Source: Planctomycetota bacterium (GTDB lineage Bacteria > Planctomycetota > UBA11346). Taken from it: a stretch of DNA of 64,000 bases. The stretch spans positions 1-64,000 of the forward strand of contig JBBQSO010000004.1 in NCBI GenBank assembly GCA_038213805.1. The letters are read 5' to 3'. The position numbers and the translations under genes were made by a program. The notes beneath the pieces are model-generated. The model made no database searches. It saw only the letters and a list, made by a program, of their open reading frames with translations, and was not told the DNA's origin. Every line of letters begins with the position of its first letter. Position 1 is the first letter of the stretch. Below are positions 29,627-39,766 of the stretch, in pieces.

Positions 29627-29995
29627 ATGATTCAGATGCAGACCTGGTTGGATGTCGCCGACAACAGCGGCGCGAAGAAGGCGATGTGCATCAAGGTGCT
29701 CGGCGGCAGCCATCGCCGCTACGCCCGCGTCGGCGACATCATCGTCGTCGCGATCAAGAAGGCCATCCCGACCTCCGAGATCAAGCAGAAGACCGTGACC
29801 AAGGCCGTGATCGTGCGCACCGCCGCGCCGATCCGCCGCGAGGACGGCAGCTACGTGCGCTTCGACAACAACGCGGTGGTGCTCATCGACAAGGATGAGA
29901 ACCCGGTTGGTACGCGCGTCTTCGGGCCGGTGGCCCGTGAGCTGCGCGCCCGCAACTTCATGAAGATCGTCTCCCTGGCTCCCGAAGTCGTCTGA
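29627..29995 (+). CDS. rplN: 50S ribosomal protein L14
   Basis: [26 protein letters not shown]. Confidence 0.98.
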   Translation: MIQMQTWLDVADNSGAKKAMCIKVLGGSHRRYARVGDIIVVAIKKAIPTSEIKQKTVTKAVIVRTAAPIRREDGSYVRFDNNAVVLIDKDENPVGTRVFGPVARELRARNFMKIVSLAPEVV

Positions 29996-30008
29996 ACGGA
30001 ACCGCGCC

Positions 30009-30383
30009 ATGCCCTCCAAAGTCAAGCTCCCCCTGCCCGCCAAGACCCCCAAGCTGCACGTCCGTACGGGCGACAAAGTGGTGGTCATCAGCGGTGCGAA
30101 CCGCGGCAAGACCGGCACCGTGATCAAGGTGTTCCCATCCGAGCAGCGCGCGCTGGTCGATGGCGACGCCGCGGTTTACGACACCCGGCACATCAAGGCC
30201 AACCCCCAGGCCGGCGTCGAGGGCGGTCGCACCAAGCGCCTGCGCCCGCTGCACGTCAGCAAGCTGGCCCTCCTCGACCCCACCACCAACAAGGCCGCCC
30301 GCGTGCGCCGCGAACGCACCGAGCAGGGCGTGGTGCGCGTGGCCAAGAAGTCCGGCCACCGCTTCGCCCTCGCCGGCAAGTGA
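30009..30383 (+). CDS. rplX: 50S ribosomal protein L24
   Basis: GDKVVVISG...GKTG KOW motif, PLHVSK. Confidence 0.96.
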   Translation: MPSKVKLPLPAKTPKLHVRTGDKVVVISGANRGKTGTVIKVFPSEQRALVDGDAAVYDTRHIKANPQAGVEGGRTKRLRPLHVSKLALLDPTTNKAARVRRERTEQGVVRVAKKSGHRFALAGK

Positions 30384-30429
30384 TCCCCAAGACGAACGCG
30401 ACCCGGACGAAAGACGACAGGAACAGGCC

Positions 30430-30999
30430 ATGACCACCGCCACGCTGCAGAAGTCGATCAAGGAGCTCTACAACGAGCAGCTCCCCGAGGTGCTCAAGAA
30501 GCACGGCATCACCAACAAGCTCGCCGGCCCGCGCATCGAGAAGATCTGCCTGAGCATGGGCGTCGGCCGCGCCATCGCCGACGGCCAGATCCTCAATGTG
30601 GTCTCCGAGCACCTCACCCTGCTCGCCGGCCAGAAGGCCGCCGTGACCAAGGCGAAGAAGGCGGTCGCCAACTTCCGCAGCCGCATCGGCGTCAAGATCG
30701 GTGCGCGCGTAACCCTGCGCGGTGAGCGCATGTGGTCGTTCCTCGACCGCCTGATCCACCTGGCCATTCCGCGCATCAAGGACTTCCGCGGCGTCAGCCC
30801 CAAGGGCTTCGATGCCCAGGGCAACTACAACCTCGGACTGCGCGAGCAGGCGCTGTTCCACGAGATCCAGCTTGAGAAGCTCGAGCACAACCAGGGTCTG
30901 AACATCACCGTCGTGATCGCCAACAGCAACGAGGCGATCTCGTTCGACCTGCTCAAGGCCCTCCATATGCCCTTCCGCGACACCGCGGCCGCCAAATAA
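30430..30999 (+). CDS. rplE: 50S ribosomal protein L5
   Basis: VTLRGERM, PRIKDFRG, GNYNLG. Confidence 0.98.
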   Translation: MTTATLQKSIKELYNEQLPEVLKKHGITNKLAGPRIEKICLSMGVGRAIADGQILNVVSEHLTLLAGQKAAVTKAKKAVANFRSRIGVKIGARVTLRGERMWSFLDRLIHLAIPRIKDFRGVSPKGFDAQGNYNLGLREQALFHEIQLEKLEHNQGLNITVVIANSNEAISFDLLKALHMPFRDTAAAK

Positions 31000-31017
31000 G
31001 CGGAAAGCGAGACTACC

Positions 31018-31323
31018 ATGGCCAAGAAGAGCCTCGTCCATAAGAACAAGCTCCGCATGGAGCTGGTCGACAAGTTCAAGCTGCAGCGCGCCGCCCTGCG
31101 CGAGCGCAGCAAGAACCTCACGCTGACCCTCGAGGAGCGCATGGAGGCCCGCGCGGCGCTCAGCATGATGCCCGCGAACAGCTCGCCGACCAAGGTCCGC
31201 AACCGCTGCCAGCTGACCGGCCGCACCCGCGCCTACATCCGCAAGTTCGGCGTCTGCCGCAACGCCCTGCGCCTGCTCGCCCACCAGGGCCACCTGCCGG
31301 GCGTGACCAAGGCGTCCTGGTAA
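31018..31323 (+). CDS. rpsN: 30S ribosomal protein S14 (101-aa, zinc-independent type)
   Basis: [23 protein letters not shown]; no complete CxxC...CxxC. Confidence 0.97.
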   Translation: MAKKSLVHKNKLRMELVDKFKLQRAALRERSKNLTLTLEERMEARAALSMMPANSSPTKVRNRCQLTGRTRAYIRKFGVCRNALRLLAHQGHLPGVTKASW

Positions 31324-31363
31324 GTTCGCCCGGACCCTGCTGAAACTTTACGAGAAGCACACC

Positions 31364-31762
31364 ATGAGCTGCACCGATCCCATCGCCGACCTGCTGACCG
31401 TGATCCGCAACGGTCTCGCCGCCGGCAAGAAGTCCATCACCGTGCCCCACTCCAAGATGAAGATGGGTGTGCTGAAGGTGCTTAAGGACGAAGGCTACAT
31501 CGGCGTGTTCGAAGCGCTCGAGACTAAGCCCGCGCGCACCATCAAGGTCGCCCTCAAGTACGGCCCCGCCGGCGAACAGGTGATCACCGAGATCCACCGC
31601 GTCAGCACCGCCGGCCGCCGCGAGTACGCCGGCCGCCGCGACCTCAAGCCGATCATCCGCGGCTTCGGCATCTCGATCATCTCGACCTCCCGCGGCATCA
31701 TCTCCGATCGCGTCGCCCGCCAGCAGAAGCTCGGCGGCGAAGTCCTGTGCATCGTCAAGTAA
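31364..31762 (+). CDS. rpsH: 30S ribosomal protein S8
   Basis: DPIADLLT, STSRGI, GGEVLC. Confidence 0.98.
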   Translation: MSCTDPIADLLTVIRNGLAAGKKSITVPHSKMKMGVLKVLKDEGYIGVFEALETKPARTIKVALKYGPAGEQVITEIHRVSTAGRREYAGRRDLKPIIRGFGISIISTSRGIISDRVARQQKLGGEVLCIVK

Positions 31763-31793
31763 GCGTCCGCCTCGCGTCAGCCAAGGAACCATC

Positions 31794-32348
31794 ATGAGCC
31801 GCATCGGTAAAGCGCCCGTCGAACTGCCCAAGGGCGTCCAAGTCAGCGTCCAGGGCTCCGCCCTGGTCTGCAAGGGACCCAAGGGATCGCTGAACCTCGC
31901 CCTGGGCGAGGGCATCACCGCGAAGGTCGACGGCACCAAGCTCGTCGTCGAACGCGCTGATGACACCAAGCTGCTGCGCGCCCTGCACGGCACCACCCGC
32001 GCCCTGATCAACAACGCCGTCGAAGGCGTGACCAAGGGCTTCAGCAAGAAGCTCGAGATCGTCGGCGTCGGCTACAAAGCGATCATTAAGGGCAAGGTGG
32101 TCTCGATGGACGTCGGCTTCGCCAACACCATCGAAGTGGCGATCATCGAAGGCGTGAGCGTGGTCCTGCCCGACGCCACCCACATCGAGGTCAGCGGTCT
32201 GGACAAGCAGGCCGTCGGTCAGATGGCCGCGGACATCCGCGCAGCGCGCAAGCCGGAGCACTACAAGGGCAAGGGCGTGCGCTACATCGACGAGGTCGTG
32301 CGGCGCAAGGCCGGCAAGGCCACCGCCAGCGCGGGCGCCAAGAAGTAA
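31794..32348 (+). CDS. rplF: 50S ribosomal protein L6
   Basis: MSRIGK, GVGYKA, YKGKGVRY. Confidence 0.98.
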   Translation: MSRIGKAPVELPKGVQVSVQGSALVCKGPKGSLNLALGEGITAKVDGTKLVVERADDTKLLRALHGTTRALINNAVEGVTKGFSKKLEIVGVGYKAIIKGKVVSMDVGFANTIEVAIIEGVSVVLPDATHIEVSGLDKQAVGQMAADIRAARKPEHYKGKGVRYIDEVVRRKAGKATASAGAKK

Positions 32349-32405
32349 TCCGCGTAACCGACCGATCAGCAACGCCTAGCAACTCCAAGCAACAAGAGCA
32401 CGGCC

Positions 32406-32774
32406 ATGGACAAGAACATCTCCAAGTGGAGCGCGATCGCGACCAAGAAGCAGCGCATCCGCAAGAGCGTCTTCGGCACCGCCGAGCGTCCCCGCCTGTC
32501 GGTCTACCGCAGCGAGCAGCACTTCTACGGCCAGGTCATCGACGACCTCAAGGGCCACACCCTGCTCGCGGTCAGCACCATCAGCGAGGATCTGCGCGCC
32601 AAGGCAGCCGACCTCAAGCCCATCGAAGCCGCCAAGCTGGTCGGCGAGGCCCTGGCCGAGAAGGCCCTGGCCGCCGGCGTCACCCAGGTGGTGTTCGACC
32701 GCAATGGCCGGCGCTATGGCGGTCGCCTCGAGGCGTTCGCTGAGGGTGCGCGCGGCAAGGGTCTGCAATTCTAA
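32406..32774 (+). CDS. rplR: 50S ribosomal protein L18
   Basis: RPRLSVYRS, VVFDRNG. Confidence 0.98.
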   Translation: MDKNISKWSAIATKKQRIRKSVFGTAERPRLSVYRSEQHFYGQVIDDLKGHTLLAVSTISEDLRAKAADLKPIEAAKLVGEALAEKALAAGVTQVVFDRNGRRYGGRLEAFAEGARGKGLQF

Positions 32775-32865
32775 GGCTTGCAAACGTCGTTTCATACGTA
32801 AGTTTCTCCCCCCGTTTACAAAAGCGCGGATCCGGACAAGACCGGCCGCTCGAGAAGGATTCATC

Positions 32866-33468
32866 ATGCCGAGAAAGATGGGTGGCGCTCCTGGCGGTTC
32901 CGGTGGCAAGCCGGGCACTCCCGGCGCCGGCGGTGAAGGTGGAGCTCCCGATCGCGGTCAGCGCCGCGGCGGCCAGGGTCCCGCGCAGCCGCGCGAGCCG
33001 CGCTCCAAGCTCTACAGCGAGGACGTCGTCAAGATCAACCGCTGCGCCAAGGTCGTGAAGGGTGGCAAGCGCTTCAGCTTCGCCGCCTTCGTCGTCCTCG
33101 GTGACGGCAAGGGCAAGGTCGGCTTTGGCAAGGGCAAGGCGAAGGAAGTCGCCAGCTCGATCGACAAGGCCGTGCGCGACGGCGAGAAGGACGTCAAGCC
33201 CTTCCCGATCGTCGGCGGCACCATCCCGCACGAGGTCGAGGGCCGCTACGGCTCGGCCAAGGTCCGCCTCATCCCCGCCGCCGACGGCACGGGCGTGATC
33301 GCCGGCCGCAGCGTGCGCGCCGTCCTGCAGAAGGCCGGGGTCCACAACATCCTGACCAAGAGCTACGGCAACCACAACCCGGTCAATCTCATCCGTGCCA
33401 CGCTCGACGCCCTGTCGCGCCTGCGCACCAAGGATCAGTACCAGGCCTTGAGAGGGGTCCAGCTGTGA
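32866..33468 (+). CDS. rpsE: 30S ribosomal protein S5 (Gly-rich N-terminal extension)
   Basis: [18 protein letters not shown]. Confidence 0.98.
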   Translation: MPRKMGGAPGGSGGKPGTPGAGGEGGAPDRGQRRGGQGPAQPREPRSKLYSEDVVKINRCAKVVKGGKRFSFAAFVVLGDGKGKVGFGKGKAKEVASSIDKAVRDGEKDVKPFPIVGGTIPHEVEGRYGSAKVRLIPAADGTGVIAGRSVRAVLQKAGVHNILTKSYGNHNPVNLIRATLDALSRLRTKDQYQALRGVQL

Positions 33469-33920
33469 GCCTCGACGACATCACCCGCACCGAGACCGGT
33501 CGCACCGAGCGCCGGCGCGTCGGCCGCGGCATCGGTTCCGGCCTCGGCAAGACCGGCGGCCGCGGCTACAAGGGCGAAGGCTCGCGCACCGGCGGCAAGA
33601 ACCGCGGTCCGCTCTTCGAAGGCGGCCAGTTCCCCTTCTGGATGCGCCTGCCCAAGCGCGGCTTCAGCAACTTCAACCATACCCAGCGCTACCAGGCCAT
33701 TCCCCTCGATCGCGCTCTCGAGCGCATCCCGGGCGATGAGATCACCCTGGCGACGCTCATCCAGGCTGGCCTCATCCACGAGGGCACCCCGGTCAAGCTG
33801 GTCAGCGGCGGCGAGAAGGCCTCGCGCAAGGTCGCCATCAACGTCAACCGCGTCACCGCCTCGGTGCGCACTGCCGTCGAAGCCGCTGGCGGCTCCGTCA
33901 CCGAACTCGACGCGCGCTGA
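33465..33920 (+). CDS. rplO: 50S ribosomal protein L15
   Basis: GRGIGSGLGKT, FEGGQ, RLPKRGF. Confidence 0.98.
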   Translation: MSLDDITRTETGRTERRRVGRGIGSGLGKTGGRGYKGEGSRTGGKNRGPLFEGGQFPFWMRLPKRGFSNFNHTQRYQAIPLDRALERIPGDEITLATLIQAGLIHEGTPVKLVSGGEKASRKVAINVNRVTASVRTAVEAAGGSVTELDAR

Positions 33921-33938
33921 TACGGACGACCGACCGGC

Positions 33939-35285
33939 ATGCTCGACAAAGATCTCAACGAGAGCCCAGTCCGCGAGCTGGTCCGGCGTTTCCTCATCAC
34001 CTTCCTGCTCGGGGTCGTGATGTACCGCCTCGGCGTGTTCATCACCATCCCTGGTGTGGACGCGGCGGTGCTGCAGGGCAAGGTCAAGGGCGCCGGCGAC
34101 AACAGCGCGCTCTCGCAGATCATCCATTTCGCCGATATGTTCAACGGCGGCGCGATCATGAACTCGTCGATCTTCGGCCTGGGCATCACGCCGTACATCA
34201 GCGCCAGCATCATCCTGCAGCTCCTGACCTTCAGCATCCCGGCGCTCAAGTCCCTCCAGAAGGAGGGCGAGTCCGGCCGTCGCAAGATCAACCAATACAC
34301 GCGCTACGCGACTCTGCTCATCTGCCTCGTCCAGGCGACCATGGCCGCCGGCGCGCTGGTGCACATCAGCGATAACGGCAACCCGCTGGTGACGATGGAG
34401 AACAAGACCCTGTTCATCGCCCAGGCCGCACTGGTCATCACTACGGGCAGCATGCTGCTGCTGTGGATGTCCGAGCAGATCACCAAGTTCGGCATCGGTA
34501 ACGGCGTCTCGGTGGTGATCATGGTCGGCATCCTGTCGTCGCTGCCCGCTGCGTTCAGCTCGTTCGAGCCGGATCTTCCCCACTATCTCGGGGTGTTCAT
34601 CATCAGCATGGTGATCATCGCCGGCATCGTCGTCGTGGTCCAGGCCGTGCGCCGCATCCATCTCGAGCAGCAGCGCCGCATCCAGGGCAACAAGGTCTAC
34701 GGCGGTGCCCAGACCACCCTGCCGCTCAAGCTCAACCAGGCCAACGTCATCCCGGTGATCTTCGCCTCGCCGATCATGGTCGTGCTGGGCTTCCTCATCG
34801 GCCACCTCGCCAAGGACACCGGCTTCGACAGTCTGTTCGCCTACGGACAGCCGCTCTACCGCTACGTGTTCGCGGCCCTGATCATCGGCTTCACCTACTT
34901 CTACATCTCGATCACCTTCGATCTCTTCGACCTCTCGAACCACTTCAAGCAGTCCGGCTTCTTCATCCGCGGCATCAAGCCCGGCAAGAACACCGTCGAC
35001 TACCTGGCATACCATCTCAAGCGCATCACCTTCATCGGCGCGATCTTCCTCGCCATCATCGCCGTCCTGCCGGAGGTCCTTGAGACCAACCTGGGACTGA
35101 GCGGGCGCGGCGGTCGCTTCCTGATGGGCGGTACCGGATTGCTGATCGTCGTCGGCGTGTCGCTGGATGTGATGCAGAAGGTCGGAGCCTTCTTCCTCGC
35201 CCATCAGTATCGCGGCCTGGGTGGCATCGGTGGCGAAGGCGCAACCGCGCCCGCCAAGAAGAGCACCAGCGGAAAGCGGTTCTGA
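33939..35285 (+). CDS. secY: Preprotein translocase subunit SecY
   Basis: [35 protein letters not shown]. Confidence 0.98.
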   Translation: MLDKDLNESPVRELVRRFLITFLLGVVMYRLGVFITIPGVDAAVLQGKVKGAGDNSALSQIIHFADMFNGGAIMNSSIFGLGITPYISASIILQLLTFSIPALKSLQKEGESGRRKINQYTRYATLLICLVQATMAAGALVHISDNGNPLVTMENKTLFIAQAALVITTGSMLLLWMSEQITKFGIGNGVSVVIMVGILSSLPAAFSSFEPDLPHYLGVFIISMVIIAGIVVVVQAVRRIHLEQQRRIQGNKVYGGAQTTLPLKLNQANVIPVIFASPIMVVLGFLIGHLAKDTGFDSLFAYGQPLYRYVFAALIIGFTYFYISITFDLFDLSNHFKQSGFFIRGIKPGKNTVDYLAYHLKRITFIGAIFLAIIAVLPEVLETNLGLSGRGGRFLMGGTGLLIVVGVSLDVMQKVGAFFLAHQYRGLGGIGGEGATAPAKKSTSGKRF

Positions 35286-35286
35286 C

Positions 35287-35505
35287 ATGGCCAAGGAAGA
35301 TGCGATCCGACTCGAGGCGAGGGTGCGCGAAAGCCTCCCCAACGCCCGCTTCAAGGTGGTGCTGCCCAACGGCCACGAGGTCCTGGCGCACATCAGCGGC
35401 AAGATCCGCATGAACTACATCCGCATCCTGCCGGGCGATACCGTAACCATCGAAATGTCGCCCTACGATCTCACCCGCGGCCGCATCATCTACCGCGAAG
35501 CCTGA
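35287..35505 (+). CDS. infA: Translation initiation factor IF-1
   Basis: [23 protein letters not shown]. Confidence 0.98.
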   Translation: MAKEDAIRLEARVRESLPNARFKVVLPNGHEVLAHISGKIRMNYIRILPGDTVTIEMSPYDLTRGRIIYREA

Positions 35506-35532
35506 ACCAGAAGCCAGAAGAAGGAATTCGTC

Positions 35533-35646
35533 ATGAAGGTATCCGCCTCCGTGCGCCGCCGCTGCGAGAACTGCAAGATCGTCCGCCGCAAGGGCCGCGT
35601 CCGCATCATCTGCTCCGATCCCAACCACAAGCAGCGCCAGGGCTGA
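35533..35646 (+). CDS. rpmJ: 50S ribosomal protein L36 (zinc-ribbon type; not in ORF track)
   Basis: [37 protein letters not shown]. Confidence 0.97.
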   Translation: MKVSASVRRRCENCKIVRRKGRVRIICSDPNHKQRQG

Positions 35647-35683
35647 GCGGTTCGCCGGACCAGCACTTTTCAAAGGTAAACCC

Positions 35684-36061
35684 ATGCCTCGTATCCTCGG
35701 CGTCGACATCCCCAACAACAAGAAGGTGCCCTACTCGCTGGCGGCCCTGTTCGGCATCGGCCTGGTCCGGGCGAACGTCATCTGCGAGAAGACCGGCGTC
35801 GACGTGCACAAGCGCGCCTACCAGCTCAGCGAAGAGGAGCTCGGCGCCATCACGGGGTTCATCGAGTCGAACTACGTGATCGAGGGCAACCTGCGCCGCG
35901 AGATCCAGGCGAACGTCGCTCGCTTCAAGGAGATCGGCTGCTACCGCGGCTATCGCCACGCGCGCAACCTGCCCTGCCGCGGCCAGCGCACGCGTACCAA
36001 CTCGCGCACCCGCAAGGGCAAGAAGAAGACGGTCGCGAACAAGAAGATCCTGCGCAAGTAA
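35684..36061 (+). CDS. rpsM: 30S ribosomal protein S13
   Basis: RILGVDIP, YRGYRH, RGQRTRTNSRT. Confidence 0.98.
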   Translation: MPRILGVDIPNNKKVPYSLAALFGIGLVRANVICEKTGVDVHKRAYQLSEEELGAITGFIESNYVIEGNLRREIQANVARFKEIGCYRGYRHARNLPCRGQRTRTNSRTRKGKKKTVANKKILRK

Positions 36062-36112
36062 GCGCCGGACCGCGCCCGCTCCGCCAACCCGCCCCAGCCC
36101 AACGAGAACCCA

Positions 36113-36490
36113 ATGGCCTACAATAAGAAAAAAGTGAAGAAGTCGCTGCGCGCTGGTGTGGTGCACATCAACAGCACCTTCAACAACACCATCGTCACCG
36201 TCACCGACCAGAACGGTGAAGTGGCGGCGTGGGAGTCGGCCGGCTCGATCGGCTACAAGGGCAGCAAGAAGAGCACGCCCTTCGCCGCGCAGCTCGCCAT
36301 GGAGCGCGCCGGCGAGAAGGCCGCCAAGCTCGGCCTCAAGGAGGTCGAGGTGCGCGTGCGTGGTCCCGGCTCCGGCCGCGAGAGCGCCATCCGCGCCCTG
36401 ATCAACTCGGGCATCATCGTCAAGGCGATCACCGACGTGACCCCGCTGCCGCACAACGGCTGCCGTCCCCGGAAGAAGCGCCGCGTTTGA
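36113..36490 (+). CDS. rpsK: 30S ribosomal protein S11
   Basis: [24 protein letters not shown]. Confidence 0.98.
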   Translation: MAYNKKKVKKSLRAGVVHINSTFNNTIVTVTDQNGEVAAWESAGSIGYKGSKKSTPFAAQLAMERAGEKAAKLGLKEVEVRVRGPGSGRESAIRALINSGIIVKAITDVTPLPHNGCRPRKKRRV

Positions 36491-36618
36491 ACCTTCCCGG
36501 AAGCCGCCGCGAATGGGCCTAGAGCGCCCACCCTCCGGATCGGTTTCTGCAGGGTGCGCCTGAACCAGGCGCACCGGCCTCGGTTATCACCACAGACGGT
36601 TTTTCCCCGGAGATCCTC

Positions 36619-37611
36619 ATGCGTATTCGCTGGCGCGGCTTCGAACTCCCCACCCGTGTCGAGAAGAGCGATGGCTCGGGCCTGGCGAACTACGCCAAGT
36701 TCCACGCCGAGCCCTTCGAGCGCGGCTTCGCCACGACCATCGGCAACAGCCTGCGCCGCGTGCTGCTCTCCAGCATCCAGGGCGCCGCTGTGCGCTCGCT
36801 GCGCCTGCAGGGCGCCAACAACGAGTTCACCTCGCTGGACGGCGTGTTCGAGGACGTGACCACCATCATCCTCAACATCAAGCGCCTGCGTCTGCGCCTG
36901 CACAGCGACGAGAACGTCGTGATCCGCCTCGAGAAGAGCACCGCGGGCCCCGTGACCGCGGGCGACATCACGCCCCACCAGGACGTCGAGGTCATCAACC
37001 CCGAGCTGGTGATTGCGACCCTGACCAAGGACGTGCGCTTCGTGCTCGAGCTCGATGTCGGCAGCGGCCGCGGCTTCGTGCCCGCGGAGTCGCAGCGGAT
37101 CGAAGGCTCGCCGGTTGGCACCATCGCCATCGACTCGATCTATTCCCCGGTGCAGCGCGTGGCCTTTGCGGTCGCGTCGACGCGCCTGGGCAAGCGCACC
37201 GACTTCGATGCGCTCGACCTCGAGGTCTGGACCGACGGCTCCATCACCCCGGAGCTGGCCCTGGTCGAGGCGACCAACATCCTGCGCAAGCACCTCAACC
37301 CATTCGTGAAGTACTTCGAGCTCGGTCGCGAGACCGAGGGCGCCGGCGCCAGCGACCTGGTGATCGAAGGCGATGGCGAGCGCACTGCGCTGCTCAGCCG
37401 CCAGATCAACGCCCTGGACCTCTCGGTTCGCACCGAGAACGCCCTGCGCGCGGCCAACATCAAGCTCATCGCCGACCTGGTGGTGATGGACGAGGCGGAG
37501 GTCGCGGCCATCCGCAATCTCGGCAAGATCGCCTCCAAGGAACTGAAGAAGAAGCTCGCCGACCGCGGCCTCTCCTTTGGCATGCGCCTCGGCACCAAAG
37601 CCGAGGTTTGA
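36619..37611 (+). CDS. rpoA: RNA polymerase alpha subunit
   Basis: EPFERGFATTIGNSLRRVLLSSI, LSVRTENAL, RNLG. Confidence 0.98.
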   Translation: MRIRWRGFELPTRVEKSDGSGLANYAKFHAEPFERGFATTIGNSLRRVLLSSIQGAAVRSLRLQGANNEFTSLDGVFEDVTTIILNIKRLRLRLHSDENVVIRLEKSTAGPVTAGDITPHQDVEVINPELVIATLTKDVRFVLELDVGSGRGFVPAESQRIEGSPVGTIAIDSIYSPVQRVAFAVASTRLGKRTDFDALDLEVWTDGSITPELALVEATNILRKHLNPFVKYFELGRETEGAGASDLVIEGDGERTALLSRQINALDLSVRTENALRAANIKLIADLVVMDEAEVAAIRNLGKIASKELKKKLADRGLSFGMRLGTKAEV

Positions 37612-37641
37612 CCGCCTTCTGACCTATACTGGAATGACGTC

Positions 37642-38016
37642 ATGAGACACAAAGTCGACCACCGCAAGCTCGGCCGCACCTCCGAACACCGCCTCGCGCT
37701 GATGCGCAACATGGTGTCGTCGCTCTTCGAGCACGGCCGCATCACCACCACCGTGCCCAAGGCCAAAGAGGCCCGGCGCTTCGCGGAGAAGGTGATCACC
37801 ATCGGGAAGAAAGCCTTGGCTGCCACCGATCCGGCGCAGGCCCTGCATTTCCGCCGCCAGGCGCTGAGCGCGCTGCACAGTCGCGATGCGGTCAAGCGCC
37901 TCATCGAGAAGGTCGCACCGACCTACAAGGAGCGCGCGGGTGGCTATACCCGCGTACTGCGCGCGGGCTTCCGCCTGGGCGACAACGGCGCGATCGCGAT
38001 CTTCGAACTCGTCTGA
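37642..38016 (+). CDS. rplQ: 50S ribosomal protein L17
   Basis: MRH...RKLGRT, ITTTVPKAKE, GGYTRV. Confidence 0.98.
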   Translation: MRHKVDHRKLGRTSEHRLALMRNMVSSLFEHGRITTTVPKAKEARRFAEKVITIGKKALAATDPAQALHFRRQALSALHSRDAVKRLIEKVAPTYKERAGGYTRVLRAGFRLGDNGAIAIFELV

Positions 38017-38037
38017 GTCCGCTGCCTCGGCAGGTCG

Positions 38038-38065
38038 AACCGGGTCCCTCTGGGGCCCGGTTTTT
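38038..38065 (+). terminator. Intrinsic terminator ending the alpha operon
   Basis: AACCGGGTCCC-TCT-GGGGCCCGGTT followed by TTT. Confidence 0.8.
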
Positions 38066-38351
38066 CCGTGTCCAGCCACGCGCTACTCCAGTGCCCCGCT
38101 GCCGGAGGGTGCAGCGGCAATGTCGACGCCAATGAGGCAACTCCGGGCTCCATGTCGCTCTCCTGACAGCGCTTCCATACGCATGAGGCATGCGTGGGTG
38201 GACTGTTGGCAGAATAAGCAGGGATAATCCCTGATTTCACTCTAAATTCATGCATTCGCCAAAGGCACGCCGGCCGCCAGGCCCGCCTTGACCGACCGCA
38301 CGCGGGGCGATGATCCCCGTCCCGTTTCACCACCATCCCCTGGATTCCGCC

Positions 38352-39476
38352 ATGCCGCTGATCCCCCTGCGCCCGCTCCTCGACCATGCCGCCGCCAACA
38401 ACTACGGCGTGGTCGCGCTGAACGTCAACAACATGGAGCAGATCCAGTCGATCATGGAAGGCGCTCGCGCCACCAAGTCGCCGGTCATCATCCAGGCCAG
38501 CCGCGGCGCGCGCAAGTACACCAACGATGTGTTCCTGCAGAAGCTCATGCAGGCGGCCGTCGAGCTCTACCCCGAGATCCCGGTGGTGATGCACCAGGAC
38601 CACGGCAACGCCCCCGACACCTGCATCAGCGCCATCCGCATGGGTTTCACCAGCGTGATGATGGACGGCTCGCTCGAGGAGGACGGCAAGACCCCGGCGA
38701 GCTACGAGTACAACGTCGCGGTCACCCGCGAGGTGGTGAACATCGCCCACTCCTTCGGCGTCTCGGTCGAGGGTGAACTCGGCGTGCTGGGTTCGCTCGA
38801 GCACGGCGAAGGCGAAAAGGAGGACGGCCACGGCGCCGAGGGCAAGCTGACCCTCGACCAGCTGCTCACCGATCCCGACCAGGCCGTCGACTTCGTCGCG
38901 CGCACTGGCATCGACGCCCTGGCGGTCGCCATGGGCACCAGCCACGGCGCCTACAAGTTCTCGAAGAAGCCCACCGGCGACGTCCTCGCCATGAAGCGCA
39001 TCGAGGAGATCCACGCCAAGATACCCAACTGCCACCTGGTCATGCACGGCTCCAGCTCGGTGCCCAAGAACCTGATCGATGAGATCAACAAGTACGGCGG
39101 CAAGATCAAGGAGACCTACGGCGTGCCGGTCGAGGAGATCCAGCGCGGCATCAAGGCCGGCGTGCGCAAGATCAACGTCGACACCGACAACCGCCTCGCC
39201 ATCACCGCCTCGATCCGCAAGTCGTTCATGGCCAAGCCCGAGGAATTCGATCCGCGCTACTACCTGACCCCGGCGCGCGCCGCCATGCAGGTCATCGTCG
39301 AGGAGCGCATGCGCCAGTTCGGCCAGGCCGGACACGCCCCGGGTGTGGCCATCATCACCCTCGCCAAGATGGCTGCCGATTACGCGGCCGGCAAGTACGG
39401 CGAGAGCGCCAAGCCCGATGCCCCCCATGTGGCCCACAAGGGCAAGGGCAGCGGCAAGTCGGCGATGGCGCACTGA
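38352..39476 (+). CDS. fba: Fructose-bisphosphate aldolase class II
   Basis: [34 protein letters not shown]. Confidence 0.96.
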   Translation: MPLIPLRPLLDHAAANNYGVVALNVNNMEQIQSIMEGARATKSPVIIQASRGARKYTNDVFLQKLMQAAVELYPEIPVVMHQDHGNAPDTCISAIRMGFTSVMMDGSLEEDGKTPASYEYNVAVTREVVNIAHSFGVSVEGELGVLGSLEHGEGEKEDGHGAEGKLTLDQLLTDPDQAVDFVARTGIDALAVAMGTSHGAYKFSKKPTGDVLAMKRIEEIHAKIPNCHLVMHGSSSVPKNLIDEINKYGGKIKETYGVPVEEIQRGIKAGVRKINVDTDNRLAITASIRKSFMAKPEEFDPRYYLTPARAAMQVIVEERMRQFGQAGHAPGVAIITLAKMAADYAAGKYGESAKPDAPHVAHKGKGSGKSAMAH

Positions 39477-39766
39477 ACGCGGCCCCATCCCGGTGATCGC
39501 GCGAACCCGTCCGGTCCTCCGGGCGGGTTTGCTGTTTTCTGGGCGCGGGTGTGCCGACTTTAGATGGAACAGCAAGTGCGCGGAGGCGTGGAGTTCCGAT
39601 CCAGTGGGCTGTCTGCGTGCTCGGTCTCATCGCCCCGCTTCGCGCCTTCACGTTCTCGAGTTCCGCCGGCGGGGAACGCTGATTCGATGAGGCCGCGCGC
39701 AATGCGCACCAATGCAGCAATTACCGGCCATTTACAGGGCAAAAGCCCGCGCGCACAGTGCGCGTC

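Noticed and set aside
33435..35411. 658-aa minus-strand ORF, and similar long ORFs opposite dnaK, mfd, pgk and the ribosomal genes
   Set aside because: Antisense to unambiguous conserved genes
38262..38278. GG-N10-GC element upstream of fba
   Set aside because: -12 region lacks TTGC, chance matches are likely at this GC content, and a better sigma70-like site lies just downstream
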